A stretch of 51,247 bases of DNA from Candidatus Dadabacteria bacterium (GCA_003696425.1 RFHI01000104.1:1-51247); one strand, 5' to 3'; counted from the stretch's first letter, positions 9,829 through 20,763 are shown. Notes: generated by a model from the letters alone, not told the origin. Numbers and translations are program-made.

Positions 9829-10911
9829 TCAGTAAGTTTTCAAAGCCACCAGGTTACCCGGCCGCCTCTCGATGCTGCCGGCAAGTTCCAGCTCAAGCAG
9901 CTTCAGGTGAAGATTATCCTGCAGACCTAACCTGCGCGATAATTCATCTATATGCATTTCGCCGCTTTCAGCCAGCAGGCGGCAAACCGGGTCACTACAG
10001 CCTGCTCTGCCAGCAGTCTCTTTATTGCTGCTTAACTGTTCAAAGAGCTCGCACACATCTTCGGCTGAGCTTACCAGGTATGCCCCGCTCTTTATCAGTT
10101 TATTAGTACCTGCTGAAAGCGGATTACCAGGAGAACCGGGCACAGCAAGCACATCCCTGCCCTCTTCCAGCGCATAGCGGGCAGTAACAAGCGCTCCACT
10201 CCGCTTTTTAGCCTGCACGACTATTACTGCACGTGAAAGCCCTGCAATTACACGGTTGCGATCCAGAAAATTTGACGGATAAGGCGGGGTATCAGGCTCA
10301 AACTGACTGATTAACGCTCCGCCACTGGCCAAAATCTCACCAGCCAGCTTAAGATGCCGGCGCGGGTAAACTTCATTTAACCCGCTGCCGAGTACAGCCA
10401 CAGTTGCGCCCTGCTGACTCCCGGAGAGTGCTCCCCTGTGGGCCATCCCGTCTATCCCAAGCGCCAGACCGCTTATAATACATGCGCCGGAGCTGGCAAG
10501 CTCAGCTGCCAGAGTAGACGCAAAACGGGCTCCCTGCGGATCGGCAGCACGCGAACCTACAATCGCCAGCGGAAAACGCTTAGCGGGAATCTCTCCCCGA
10601 CAGAAAAGCAGCGCTGGCGGATTGTAGATCTTGGCTAAAAGCTCAGGATAGTCCGGCGACCCAACCGCTAACAGACTAATACCGCTCCCTTCCCAGCGCT
10701 TTATATCCCCAGCAGCAAATAATCTAACCTCTGAATTTAAATAACTCTCTTTTAAGTACTGCAACTCAGCCGTTAAATCCAGCTTTTTAAACAGTTCTGT
10801 CTCACTCCGTGCTGAACTTAAACTATCGATTAGAGCCTGCGAAACGCCAGTAGCAGTCCTGAGCGCCAGCAGCGCTATTATTTTTCGCGTGATATCAATA
10901 TCTTGTCCCAT
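9829..10911 (-). CDS. dprA: DNA-processing protein DprA (Smf)
   Basis: 360 aa. LAIVGSRAADPQGARFASTLAAELASSGACIISGLALGIDGMAHRGAL and the following Rossmann-like region are typical of DprA. It has a C-terminal winged-helix-like tail. Confidence 0.85.
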   Translation of the reverse strand: MGQDIDITRKIIALLALRTATGVSQALIDSLSSARSETELFKKLDLTAELQYLKESYLNSEVRLFAAGDIKRWEGSGISLLAVGSPDYPELLAKIYNPPALLFCRGEIPAKRFPLAIVGSRAADPQGARFASTLAAELASSGACIISGLALGIDGMAHRGALSGSQQGATVAVLGSGLNEVYPRRHLKLAGEILASGGALISQFEPDTPPYPSNFLDRNRVIAGLSRAVIVVQAKKRSGALVTARYALEEGRDVLAVPGSPGNPLSAGTNKLIKSGAYLVSSAEDVCELFEQLSSNKETAGRAGCSDPVCRLLAESGEMHIDELSRRLGLQDNLHLKLLELELAGSIERRPGNLVALKTY

Positions 10912-11041
10912 CAGCCAGTGCCTCCTGCCGATATAATCGCTATAGATTTCGCCTCCATAGCCTGGATGTTTCCCGGTTCAGAGATTTTTGTTTTTTGCCG
11001 TTAATAAACGAAGGGACCTTTCAAATTAGGGAGATTGGGAC

Positions 11042-13117
11042 GTGTCAGATGAAAACAGGCAGGCAGAGTATGAATTGGTCTTTGAGAGCGCCGGTGATGA
11101 TGATGATACGCTTAGAAAAGTAAAGGGTGTATTAATCGCTGACCTTGAGTGCAGCATAAGCGAGGTGCAGCACTTTCTGGACAACGCCCCGCTTACTATC
11201 AAAAGAGCGAAAGACGAAAATGAGCTCAAAGGCCCTTTCGAAGCTTTAAAGGAGGCAGGAGCAAAAGTATTAATCGTGCGGCCAAAGGGCCAGAAAGCAC
11301 CCACAACAAACTCTGACAGTAAAGAAAAAGTATGGGAACTGGATGATCCCCTCTTACAAGATAATGATCCCCAGAGTAAGCTTGATAGCGATGCATCACT
11401 TCTCTTTGCTGAAGAAATAACCGATGACAACCTTGTAGAACACACGACCGAACTCTCACCGCTATCGCTTGATCTGGAGCTCAACTCATCCGATGAAGTT
11501 GCTTCTCTAAGCAATGACAAATCCCCACTTATGCCGGATTTGGATAATAAGGAGTCCTCAAAGGCAGATGAACCAAAAGAGACCGAAGAGGAAGCTAATC
11601 CTCTTGAACACTTGTTGGTTGAAGATGCCAAACAGGATAGTAATGAGCTCGAATTTAATTTGGACGATACTGCAGCAATTAATACTCTGATTGAATCAGT
11701 ATCAAACTCGGGCCAGGATAGCGAGCTAATTGATATCACCTCAACTGATGAGGATAATAACAACGATGAACTTGAGTTCTCCCTTGAGCCTGAAGAGGAA
11801 GCTCAGTGCGAAAGTAGCATCCCGCAGCAGGCACAAAATGCTATAGAACCTGTACACGATTTGGATCTGACTACTGAAGGCAATCAGGAAGTTTCTGTTG
11901 ATATACCTGATGACATATCAGAACCGAAAAGCTCACCTAATGAATTCACTCTTTCAACTGATGAAGCAGATGAGCTACTCTTTGATATTACTGAAAGTAC
12001 TCCAGAGCCACCAAAAGCAGCCGAAAAAGATATTGAACCGTTGCCAGAAAACAACTCTATTGACTTACCAGCCAGAGAGGCTAGCCCCCTGTCAGAGCTA
12101 CGAAATAACACCCACTCCACAGATGAAAGTTTATCTGCTGACGAATTAGGGGTTAAAAGCTCACAGACCCCCAAGGAATACCACGAATCTAAAGAAGAAA
12201 ATCCGGAAGGTGCTGAAATAAGCGGGGTGGAATTTGCAATTGGCGGGGAGGATACAGAGTCGCCTAAAAAAACCGAAGCAAAAACCGCCCCACCAGAATT
12301 AATCGACGAACAGAGCGAGCCGGATTTACCTAAAAAAGTCGCCAAGAAAGCCAGCCACAGCAAAATAATAGATGTGATAGTTACTCTGATTCTGGTTGCC
12401 CTGCTTATCTTTGCAAACTGGTTGTATTTTACACAGGCAAGTGAAGCACCAAAGATCTCTCAGGAGAAGATAGTAGCACAGCTTAACAGAGCCAAAGCTA
12501 AAGAAAAAAAATCCGGAAAAAAGAATACTGCCTCAAAGAAAAAAAGCGCTAAAAAACCTGCTCCTGCTCAACCTGTACATCCACCTATCCTTGATGGCGA
12601 AGCTGCCTTTAGTGATGTAACCTTTAACTGGATGGTTAATATTGAGGATAATAAAATAAAATCAGCTCATATTAAACTCACTACGCCACAGCCCCCTGCT
12701 CTTACACCTGAGGAATTTGCCCGCGGAGAGAAATTAAAACCCTGGATTAATAAACTGGAGATAAATGATCTTGAATTTGTACATAAGGAATCAGGAATTG
12801 ACTACGCACGCACTCCTGTGAGGATTTATATTGAAGATGAAGCCAGACATGAGCGCTTGATTGGTCACGCTGAAATAAAAGCGATCTTCTTTCCGGAGCT
12901 ATGGGAGTTAGCTATGCGTGTAGATATCACCTATAACCACGATAATCAAAACCGTTCTGCTGTGGATCTCGGGTATACAGAAGATGGGAACTTTTCAGTT
13001 TATATCTCCAGGATCATTTATTCAGATGGCCTTAAGCCTGAGACATTAAAACAGTGGGACATCAATCGGGAGCTACTCTACCCAGATAAGGCCGGAGACA
13101 CGGAGCAGTCTTTTTAA
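11042..13117 (+). CDS. hypothetical acidic membrane-anchored protein with L7/L12 C-terminal-domain-like N-terminus
   Basis: 691 aa, GTG start with SD GGGAGA 7 nt upstream. The N-domain is EYELVFESAGDDDDTLRKVKGVLIADLECSISEVQHFLDNAPLTIKRAKDENELKGPFEALKEAGAKVLIV. It is followed by ~370 aa of D/E/S-rich low complexity, one TM helix (IIDVIVTLILVALLIFANWLYF), a Lys-rich linker and a ~190-aa C-terminal domain. Confidence 0.6.
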   Translation: MSDENRQAEYELVFESAGDDDDTLRKVKGVLIADLECSISEVQHFLDNAPLTIKRAKDENELKGPFEALKEAGAKVLIVRPKGQKAPTTNSDSKEKVWELDDPLLQDNDPQSKLDSDASLLFAEEITDDNLVEHTTELSPLSLDLELNSSDEVASLSNDKSPLMPDLDNKESSKADEPKETEEEANPLEHLLVEDAKQDSNELEFNLDDTAAINTLIESVSNSGQDSELIDITSTDEDNNNDELEFSLEPEEEAQCESSIPQQAQNAIEPVHDLDLTTEGNQEVSVDIPDDISEPKSSPNEFTLSTDEADELLFDITESTPEPPKAAEKDIEPLPENNSIDLPAREASPLSELRNNTHSTDESLSADELGVKSSQTPKEYHESKEENPEGAEISGVEFAIGGEDTESPKKTEAKTAPPELIDEQSEPDLPKKVAKKASHSKIIDVIVTLILVALLIFANWLYFTQASEAPKISQEKIVAQLNRAKAKEKKSGKKNTASKKKSAKKPAPAQPVHPPILDGEAAFSDVTFNWMVNIEDNKIKSAHIKLTTPQPPALTPEEFARGEKLKPWINKLEINDLEFVHKESGIDYARTPVRIYIEDEARHERLIGHAEIKAIFFPELWELAMRVDITYNHDNQNRSAVDLGYTEDGNFSVYISRIIYSDGLKPETLKQWDINRELLYPDKAGDTEQSF

Positions 13118-13127
13118 ACTGCAAATG

Positions 13128-13172
13128 TTGCGAATTTACCAGCGCTAATTAATACTCAGCAAACCTGACGTC
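13128..13172 (+). repeat. 45-nt short repeat, copy 1 (family shared with 50572-50617 and partially 27635-27648)
   Basis: ttgcgaatttaccagcgctaattaatactcagcaaacctgacgtc here versus ttgcgaatttaccgcggctaattaataactaatcaatcctgacgtt on the minus strand at 50572-50617. Confidence 0.6.
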
Positions 13173-13280
13173 TACAATCTTGTTTGCTATCAGCCTCTCA
13201 GCGCGACGCGCTTATCGCAGATGGTTATGTAAGCTCTGTTGAGAACATCATAATATTATAGAGCAAATGGCCAGGGAACC

Positions 13281-13772
13281 TCAGGCCACTTTCTTTTTCT
13301 TCTTGGAACTGGCCTTTGGCTTCGAGCTTGAACGTTTTTTAGGTGCAGGTGTCTTTTTAGCGGCTGTTTTTTTTGCCTTGGCCTTGCTGGTTTTGGCTTT
13401 AGCTTTACTGGTTTTGGTCTTGGCCGCTGTTTTCCTGCTTTTATTTTTTTTCTTGGCAGCTGACTTTACCGGAGTTTTGGCCTTCTTTGCAGGAGTCTTT
13501 TTAGTCTTTTCTGATTTAGCAGCACTGACAGCCTGTTTTTCAGCTTTAAGCTTTTCCTGCTCTTTACGGTGCTTTTCCAGTTTGGCTCGCTTTTCAGCAG
13601 CAGTTACCGAACCTGCGATTTCCCCCAGAATCAGCCGCTCCTCCTCATGGCGCTGCATAATAGTTAAAAGCTCATCCTTTCTTGTTGACCATGTAACACC
13701 ATCAATGCTGTAGAGCGTTAACTTTTTGCCGCCAAATTCTACTTTCTTGGAGGTATATCTTGGCTTTTTCAT
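13281..13772 (-). CDS. histone H1-like Lys/Ala-rich DNA-binding-type protein
   Basis: About 163 aa. It has a globular N-terminus (KKVEFGGKKLTLYSIDGVTWSTRKDELL), a coiled KEQEKLKAEKQ segment, then a tail KKTPAKKAKTPVKSAAKKKNKSRKTAAKTKTSKAKAKTSKAKAKKTAAKKTPAPKK. ATG at 13772 is preferred over the adjacent GTG at 13775. Confidence 0.6.
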   Translation of the reverse strand: MKKPRYTSKKVEFGGKKLTLYSIDGVTWSTRKDELLTIMQRHEEERLILGEIAGSVTAAEKRAKLEKHRKEQEKLKAEKQAVSAAKSEKTKKTPAKKAKTPVKSAAKKKNKSRKTAAKTKTSKAKAKTSKAKAKKTAAKKTPAPKKRSSSKPKASSKKKKKVA

Positions 13773-14124
13773 CACTTAAATCCACTACAAAACCTTGTGC
13801 TGCGGCTGTATCAGCGCTCTTTGATGGTATGATGTAATTGAACCCGTCCGCGGTTCCATACAAATCCAAAAAATTCAAAACGCTGTTTTTCTAACCTATT
13901 AGGCGGCTTTTTTGATCGTCATACCCCACAAGACCAAGGCCGCCAACCCGGTTGCACGTGGTATTCTCTTGCAGTTTTTAAAATTTTTTAAATCAAAACT
14001 TAACACTATGCCCACACTATTTTCGAAATAAATTAATAAATTAATAGTTTCTGCTTTGTGTTCAGGTTATTAATAATTTGTGATAGTTTCCTCATAAAAA
14101 TCGCTAAGACATTGGGATCAGAAG

Positions 14125-15576
14125 ATGACAGATATCAGAGAAGCGGCACTGGAGCGTAAAACTAAACTGATTGCCACAGTAGGTCCTGCCAGCAATTCCG
14201 AGGAAAAACTTCGGGAGCTACTGCTAGCAGGAGTAAATGTTTTTAGGCTCAACTTTTCCCACGGTACGCACGACGCCCATCTGACGGTACTTAATTCAAT
14301 AAGAAAGCTTTCTAGCGAGCTTGATAAGCCAGTTGCAATACTACAGGACTTATCTGGGCCGAAAATCCGTATATCAGAAATTACGGGAGATTATATAGAG
14401 CTTAATAAACCACAGGTAAAATTGAAGCACGCAGATGGATCCTTTTCAACGCCTGAAACTTTATATGTGGAAACTGTAGATCCAGTTCAGACTTTAAAGC
14501 CTGGCGACAGACTGCTGTTAGCCGACGGCCTGCTACAATTGCAAGCCCAGCAGATCAAACAGGACCATGTGCTCTGTGATGTTATCAAAGGCGGCCGCAT
14601 CCGCTCGAGAGCAGGAGTGTCATTTCCCGACAGCTCCATTAAATTACCCGCTACCACAGAAAAAGATATGGTAGATCTCGAATGGGGCATAGAAAATGAG
14701 GTGGACTATGTAGCGCTATCATTTGTTAGTACTGCTGAAGATGTGCTGATGGTACGTGAAGCCATACGAAAAAAATCAGCTGATTGTAAAATAATAGCTA
14801 AAATTGAGCGAAAAAGTGCGCTTGAAAATATTGATTCAATTTTGGACGTTTCAGACGGCCTGATGGTCGCACGGGGAGATCTGGGAGTGGAGCTTCCGCT
14901 TGAAAAGATCCCTGTGCTACAAAAAAAACTGATTGAAAAAGCCAATTACAGAGGCATTCCTGTAATAGTAGCAACACAAATGCTGCACTCCATGATAACC
15001 TCATTAAGGCCAACCCGAGCAGAGGTGTCAGATATTGCAACTGCTGTAATGAGTGGAGCTGATGCATTAATGCTCTCTGAAGAAACAGCTATTGGTGAGC
15101 ATCCTGTGGAAGCTCTAAAATACCTGGCGCGCATAGCTAATGAGGCCGAAAAAAACTTTGTCTTTAGCGAATATAAATTAAGACTGCGAGATGCCGATAG
15201 AGCTACAGTGCCAGATGCAGTTGCCTACGCTGCTGCCGCTGCTGCTAACAAAGTAGAGGCCGCAGCTATTATTGCCTGCACAGAAACTGGTAACAGTGCG
15301 CGTCTTCTGGCTAAATACCGCCCGCAACAACCCATTTATGGAGCTTCCAGCTCAAACGCGACTCTGAATCGCATGTGCCTGTACTGGGGAATTAAACCAA
15401 TTTCGTGCGCCTCTACTGACAGCCACATGGCAGAACTTGAAATAGCTTTAAAAAACGTCCAAAAACTTGAGGGCTATCCGAATGGCACACGGGCGGTAAT
15501 TACCGGTGGCCTTGCGGTACGTACTCCTGGTGCAACCAGCGTTCTGGAGATCCGGGAGATGATGTACGGAGAGTAA
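14125..15576 (+). CDS. pyk: pyruvate kinase
   Basis: 483 aa. RKTKLIATVGPAS, NVFRLNFSHG, IIAKIERKSALENIDSIL, DGLMVARGDLGVELP and MLSEETAIGEHPV are canonical PK motifs. Confidence 0.95.
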   Translation: MTDIREAALERKTKLIATVGPASNSEEKLRELLLAGVNVFRLNFSHGTHDAHLTVLNSIRKLSSELDKPVAILQDLSGPKIRISEITGDYIELNKPQVKLKHADGSFSTPETLYVETVDPVQTLKPGDRLLLADGLLQLQAQQIKQDHVLCDVIKGGRIRSRAGVSFPDSSIKLPATTEKDMVDLEWGIENEVDYVALSFVSTAEDVLMVREAIRKKSADCKIIAKIERKSALENIDSILDVSDGLMVARGDLGVELPLEKIPVLQKKLIEKANYRGIPVIVATQMLHSMITSLRPTRAEVSDIATAVMSGADALMLSEETAIGEHPVEALKYLARIANEAEKNFVFSEYKLRLRDADRATVPDAVAYAAAAAANKVEAAAIIACTETGNSARLLAKYRPQQPIYGASSSNATLNRMCLYWGIKPISCASTDSHMAELEIALKNVQKLEGYPNGTRAVITGGLAVRTPGATSVLEIREMMYGE

Positions 15577-15589
15577 GTGAAAAGGACTT

Positions 15590-16369
15590 TTAAATATTTC
15601 CGGCCTTTTTGTATTGAGAGCCGCTAGTACCGTTGGGGCGGCTCTCGACCTCAACTGTCCCTTCTCCAACATTTCCAAAATGATGCTTCTCGGCTGGTGG
15701 CGGCAAAAGACCGAGAAACTCAAAGGCGCGCTGAAGGAGCGGGCGTTTCTGATTCATTTGTGAGACCAGCCCACGAATTGTCTCTGCTTCACGCAATAAG
15801 AGCAACTGATATCGATCGCTTTTTTCCTCGCTGCGCTCTACTCTCTTTCGCATCCAATCTACTTCACTTTTTAGCCTTTGAATTTGATCTTCGCGCATCT
15901 CAAGCAATTTTTCCTGAAGCTCTACCAGATTCTTCAGCCGCACAGCTTCACGCTCAAGTTTTGTTATTTTCTCAACCGTCCGCTGAGGAATGGTTGCCTG
16001 TCTCCTCATCCTCGGCTCTGAAACATCTTTATGCGTATGTTGGTTATCTGTATTATCACCATTATCGAAGCGGTCTGTTGTCGAGCAACCTGAGCTATCT
16101 TGCTGTAGAAAACCGTCCTGGGATTGATCAAGATCAAGCGAAACAGCGTCAAAATCAGTTATAATACTCTCTGTCTTGTAATCATCCAACACTCCCGTTT
16201 CAGTTATGCCGAACAACCCTTCAAGCTCAGGTTTTGAATAAAGCACCAATCCATCAGAATCATGTTCAATCTGAAGATAGCCGGCTTCAACAAAACGTCG
16301 TAACGTAGCTGACGAAACTCCGGCAAAAGCAGTAGCTTCAGTTTCTGACACCAGTTCCTGAAAACCCAT
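15590..16369 (-). CDS. MerR/excisionase-type HTH protein with C-terminal coiled coil
   Basis: The N-terminus VSETEATAFAGVSSATLRRFVEAGYLQIEHD is HTH-like. The C-terminal half is heptad-rich (EKITKLEREAVRLKNLVELQEKLLEMREDQIQRLKSEVDWMRKRVE). ATG at 16369 (SD GGAG 8 nt upstream) is preferred to the track's GTG at 16378. Confidence 0.5.
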   Translation of the reverse strand: MGFQELVSETEATAFAGVSSATLRRFVEAGYLQIEHDSDGLVLYSKPELEGLFGITETGVLDDYKTESIITDFDAVSLDLDQSQDGFLQQDSSGCSTTDRFDNGDNTDNQHTHKDVSEPRMRRQATIPQRTVEKITKLEREAVRLKNLVELQEKLLEMREDQIQRLKSEVDWMRKRVERSEEKSDRYQLLLLREAETIRGLVSQMNQKRPLLQRAFEFLGLLPPPAEKHHFGNVGEGTVEVESRPNGTSGSQYKKAGNI

Positions 16370-16525
16370 AACATACACTCCTTGGAAGAAGGGTTACCAT
16401 ATAACTTATAAAGGGCTACATTAAGCTAAACAGGGTTATTAAGTAGTATAACTCAGAATCACGGTTGAGTCTTGAGAGAAATTACTCCCAAAGTTAACTG
16501 TGGATAACTTTTACAGACAATAATT

Positions 16526-16552
16526 AAAAAGGGACGGATTAACATCCGTCCC
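16526..16552 (-). terminator. intrinsic terminator after the OmpA-family gene
   Basis: The minus strand reads GGGACGGATgttaATCCGTCCC followed by TTTTT: a 9-bp GC-rich stem with a tetraloop, 58 nt past the stop. Confidence 0.65.
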
Positions 16553-16609
16553 AGAGGATTGAAGAGTAGTTACATGATGGAGGTACGTAATCTTTCTGAC
16601 TGCTCGACC

Positions 16610-17356
16610 TTACTGAGCCTCTTCTGCCTTAACCTCAACACGCCGGTTAACGGCACGGGCCCAATCGGTTTTTTCCGTAAAAATCGGCTGGGACTCCCCA
16701 AATGTAACGGTTGCCAGCCGTTCAGCCGGCACGCCAAGGGCCACTAACTCTTTTCGAACTGCCTCAGCTCTATCCATGCCAAGCTTTTCATTGTAATCTT
16801 CAGAACCTATATAATCTGCATGCCCTTCCAGTACCACCTTAAGCCCCGGCTCAGATTTAAGCAGGTTCGCTATCTGCCTTGCTCGTCCTTTTCCGAGAGC
16901 ATTTAAGGTACGAACGTCAAAGTCAAAATTCACATCCGGGAAATACACTTGGCGCTCGCCTGTATTCATAGCTGCAGTCGTATTTTCCTCAGCAGCAGGT
17001 TCCGGAGCAGCATCATAATTAAACGGCATCACTGCCCGGCAGTCAGGCACACTATCATCAGCGGAAAAACATTCGGGCTGCCTGTAGTCAAACGGATCGC
17101 GATAACCAAGAACGCTCCGTGTCACATCACTTGAGGATGCAAAATAACTGAATGGCCTAAAAATTACTTCCCTTGCCACCCAGCCAATCGGATGAAGTGC
17201 ATAAGCAAAAATTCTAAGTGGATGAGATTCACTCTCACGATAACGTGGTGAAGTGTGATAAGTAGCCAAGCCATTATCATACGGCAAATAGTCCTGGGCT
17301 ATTACATCAAGCGGAAGACTTACCAAAACAATTACGAATATAAGTTTTTTAAGCAT
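16610..17356 (-). CDS. OmpA-family (peptidoglycan-associated) protein
   Basis: C-terminal OmpA-like domain VVLEGHADYIGSEDYNEKLGMDRAEAVRKELVALGVPAERLATVTFGESQP...NRRVEV. The signal peptide is MLKKLIFVIVLVSLPLDVIA. ATG at 17356 with SD AAAGGA is preferred over the TTG at 17386. Confidence 0.8.
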   Translation of the reverse strand: MLKKLIFVIVLVSLPLDVIAQDYLPYDNGLATYHTSPRYRESESHPLRIFAYALHPIGWVAREVIFRPFSYFASSSDVTRSVLGYRDPFDYRQPECFSADDSVPDCRAVMPFNYDAAPEPAAEENTTAAMNTGERQVYFPDVNFDFDVRTLNALGKGRARQIANLLKSEPGLKVVLEGHADYIGSEDYNEKLGMDRAEAVRKELVALGVPAERLATVTFGESQPIFTEKTDWARAVNRRVEVKAEEAQ

Positions 17357-17879
17357 CTTCAATCCTTTTAAACAAAAAGGTAACAAAAAAGCACATTACG
17401 ACGGCAAAAGAGCCATTTAATAACACCCTGTCCGGCAGGCAAAATCCCCACTATATCTGCCCTATACCAACAAAATAAGGGGAACATGCTAACAGCTCAA
17501 GTCAAAATGTTAGATTCACTGGTATTGTTTCAGGCACAGAAAAAATGTCGTCAATTCCAATTATTTCTTGAATGGCGAAGAACCATTGCTAACATGTTGT
17601 ACTGTTTGCATTTTTTGTTTCTGAGGGCCTATTTAGAACAACGTAACTCGTGACTGCTCTTCCTTGCTCTACATTAAAACAGGGTTACCTAATATAACGT
17701 TGTGCGCTGATGAAATCGATTGCCTTTAACATGCATCTATATCGTGAACAGTGAATTGTCTGCCGCTTACAGTTATAAATCTAACCCAAAAGATTTTTTA
17801 GAGCGGTCGCTTACAGGTTTTTATGTTTGGCCCTGAAAGTAACCAGCCAGAGCCAGACCGGTTCAGGAGATAACTTATA

Positions 17880-20246
17880 GTGCCAGCCTATCAAAGCACC
17901 CGAAAGGAGATTACCACTTCACTGGCCATGGGGTTTGTAGCTTACCTGATCAATTTCCTGTCAGAAGTACTGGTCCCTGGCGCCATGGCCATACAACCCG
18001 GTAATATAATGATCTTCCTTGCTGCTTCTGCTTTCGGTCCTAGCGGAGCTCTGATGGCAAGCGCCGCGGGTGTTCTTCCTGAAACCTTCGTAAACGGCGC
18101 GCACCTTTATGCTTTAAGAATTATTACTCTTTCTGTCGCTATCGGATATGCATCACGCAAATGGCCTAAAACACCTGGTTACCTGGTAGCTACAGCCTGC
18201 TGGGTATTTGTTTACGCACCGCTGATGATATTAGCGCAGTCCCCGTTGATTAAGAGCTTTCCTGTAACACTATCGTTTCAAGCTCACACTGAGATACTGC
18301 TTGTTCTTGTGGCCGGTGCCCTTCTCTTAAATGATACGGTATGGGCCAAATTAAAAGATCATCCGAGAGTGCCGTCAGCAACAACACTTTTTATGCATGT
18401 ATTAACTCTTATAGCTGTGACAATACTCTACTGCTCGGAAATTGTGGTACTGAACGCACCGTCACTTGGAAGTGCAACAGTTTTGGCAGCCCTGCCCTGG
18501 TTAATGCCGGCATTACTGCTTTTCTCAATTGTACTACCTTCCCTGGTTGGTTGGCGAATTGCGTTATTACTGCAAAACAATCTGGGCGAGTATTTTCCTT
18601 CACATTTACTGCCACAGACGCGTGGCAAGACTTTCTCTGGCTTAGCTAGCGACTATTGGCGCAGACGCCGCGCCAATAAAAGCGAGGAGGCTGTTACCGG
18701 CTCTGCAACCAAGGAATTTATTTCAAAACATACAAACGAGCCCTTTGACGCTGATAAAGGTATTATTGCTCTAAATCGTGATGGTACCGTTACCTTCGTA
18801 AACAAGGTTTTCCGTTTTATCAGCGGGCTACACCGAGAGGATATTATTGGTAAACATGTGGCCTCTTGCGGTCTAGATCCACAAATTACAAAGCATATTC
18901 TGGACTTGATGGAAATAACTTTTAACAAAGGACCCAGGACAATAGAAGTTAAATTAAATCAGTTACCCGATCCATTACGCTACCTTGAATTCACTTCTCT
19001 TAAACCAGGAGCAAGTGGAATAGCCTCGCTTGAAGACGGCCCACAAAGCGTAATTATCACAGTCCGTGACATAACAGAACGGCGCGCTGTGGAATCGCAT
19101 TTACTTCAAGGACAGAAGCTGTCCTCGCTGGGAAACTTTGTGCGCGGCATGGCTCATGCGGTGAATAACGCACTTACAGCAATTACCGGGCAGGCCAGCT
19201 ATGCTATTCACTCCAGTGATAATAAGCAACGCGAGAAAGCACTGCGTCAAATTCTTAAAGCATCACACAACGCTGCTAAGACTGTACGAAAACTGCTGGA
19301 TTTTGCTGACGGCCAACCAACACAAAGGAAAGAACACAATCCTGCTCAGCTGATTGAAGATCGACTTGACCTGCTAAAAAGTGTAGCAGGTGAAGACTAC
19401 GAAATCGTTTACTGCAAACAAAATGATGCTACAGCAGTCAGCTGCGATCCTAACCTGCTAATGCAGGCCCTGACCAATCTGATATTAAATGCCAGAGAAT
19501 CATATAATGGCAAAAACGGTAAAATTTATTTGAACCTTGACACCGAAGATATCCCCGAAGAAGTGGCAGAACTACATGCTGGTGTACGTCCAGGCTTTTA
19601 TGTCAGAGTACGGGTACGTGATGAAGGAATAGGCATGTCAGCTGAGCAGTTACAGCACGCCTTTGACCCATTATACACCACGAAAGGCAGTCGTGGGCAT
19701 GCGGGGCTCGGTTTATCAATAGTATTTGCTATAATGCGTGCCCATGACGGATTTCTTACTACTGAAAGTAATCTTGATAAGGGCACAACAGTATCTCTAT
19801 ATTTTCCAGCCCGGCAACTTCAACCCGGCGAAACTCTTGAGCATCAAAGCACAATCATAAACTCAAACTCATCTTCAGCTAAACAACAGGAATTCCAGGA
19901 AAGCATTTTAGTGGTTGAAGATGAACCACAGGTTCGTGAAAGTGTGGCCACAATGTTGTCAGCGCTTGGATATGATGTTACCAGCTGTTCTTCAGGCCAC
20001 GAAGCTCTCAAGCACTGCCAACAGAGAAAGTTTGATCTTGTTCTTGTCGATATGATGATGCCCCAGATGAATGGCTGTGAAGTTATAGAACGAATAAGAG
20101 AGATTCATAGCAACATGCGCACTCTGATTATGACCGGTTACGGTACCGCTACCGTAAGAAATGGTGGCCGGATTCCTGTATTACCCAAACCATTTGACAT
20201 TGAAACTCTGTCAGTAAGGATCAGGGAAGCTTTGGAAGCAAGTTGA
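17880..20246 (+). CDS. hybrid sensor histidine kinase (multi-TM N-domain, PAS, HisKA, HATPase, C-terminal receiver)
   Basis: 788 aa, GTG start with SD AGGAGA 9 nt upstream. About 7 TM helices. PAS-like GIIALNRDGTVTFVNKVF...; H-box GNFVRGMAHAVNNAL; N/G boxes LILNARES and DEGIGM...GLGLSIV. The receiver is ILVVEDEPQVRE...DLVLVDMMMPQMNG...KPF. Confidence 0.85.
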   Translation: MPAYQSTRKEITTSLAMGFVAYLINFLSEVLVPGAMAIQPGNIMIFLAASAFGPSGALMASAAGVLPETFVNGAHLYALRIITLSVAIGYASRKWPKTPGYLVATACWVFVYAPLMILAQSPLIKSFPVTLSFQAHTEILLVLVAGALLLNDTVWAKLKDHPRVPSATTLFMHVLTLIAVTILYCSEIVVLNAPSLGSATVLAALPWLMPALLLFSIVLPSLVGWRIALLLQNNLGEYFPSHLLPQTRGKTFSGLASDYWRRRRANKSEEAVTGSATKEFISKHTNEPFDADKGIIALNRDGTVTFVNKVFRFISGLHREDIIGKHVASCGLDPQITKHILDLMEITFNKGPRTIEVKLNQLPDPLRYLEFTSLKPGASGIASLEDGPQSVIITVRDITERRAVESHLLQGQKLSSLGNFVRGMAHAVNNALTAITGQASYAIHSSDNKQREKALRQILKASHNAAKTVRKLLDFADGQPTQRKEHNPAQLIEDRLDLLKSVAGEDYEIVYCKQNDATAVSCDPNLLMQALTNLILNARESYNGKNGKIYLNLDTEDIPEEVAELHAGVRPGFYVRVRVRDEGIGMSAEQLQHAFDPLYTTKGSRGHAGLGLSIVFAIMRAHDGFLTTESNLDKGTTVSLYFPARQLQPGETLEHQSTIINSNSSSAKQQEFQESILVVEDEPQVRESVATMLSALGYDVTSCSSGHEALKHCQQRKFDLVLVDMMMPQMNGCEVIERIREIHSNMRTLIMTGYGTATVRNGGRIPVLPKPFDIETLSVRIREALEAS

Positions 20247-20696
20247 TCAGAGAGTAAGATGCCAATCGGAGGATACCTTTTCCGCCAGATCAGCGACTAG
20301 CTTTCCATTTGAATCTAGCTCAAGGCGATAAAAGCTAAGCGGTTCTTTAGCTGGTCCCTTAAGCACTTCTCCTGAGAGGTTGAAACTAGAGTTGTGACAG
20401 GGGCAACTGAAACCGGTTAATTCCCGATTGACCGCAAGCAGACAGGTCTGATGCGTACAAACCATACTCACCACCCGAAAACCCCGACTATCCCGCAGAA
20501 CAGCAAGCCTCAGCATCGGCAGGGGGACAACGGGGTTTTGAAACCCAGCCAGCTCTCCCAACGTGATTTTCCTGTGAAGTCGCTTATGCCCCCTGTGACA
20601 CTGCGCTAGAATTGCGGCCAAAAAGCCAAGGGTAAACATTTTAAGGAACTTACGTCTTAACACATTCAGCGGCTTAATCACTAACGAGCATAACAT
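20247..20696 (-). CDS. Rieske [2Fe-2S] domain protein with twin-arginine-like signal
   Basis: 149 aa. The N-terminus has RRKFLKMFTLGFLAAILAQC. The Rieske motif is CTHQTC...(17)...CPCHNSSF. Confidence 0.75.
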   Translation of the reverse strand: MLCSLVIKPLNVLRRKFLKMFTLGFLAAILAQCHRGHKRLHRKITLGELAGFQNPVVPLPMLRLAVLRDSRGFRVVSMVCTHQTCLLAVNRELTGFSCPCHNSSFNLSGEVLKGPAKEPLSFYRLELDSNGKLVADLAEKVSSDWHLTL

Positions 20697-20763
20697 GGCG
20701 TTATCGTAAAGATTTCCAGGTAACTTGCCGATAACTATACCAGAGTCCCGAACTGGAGTAAAA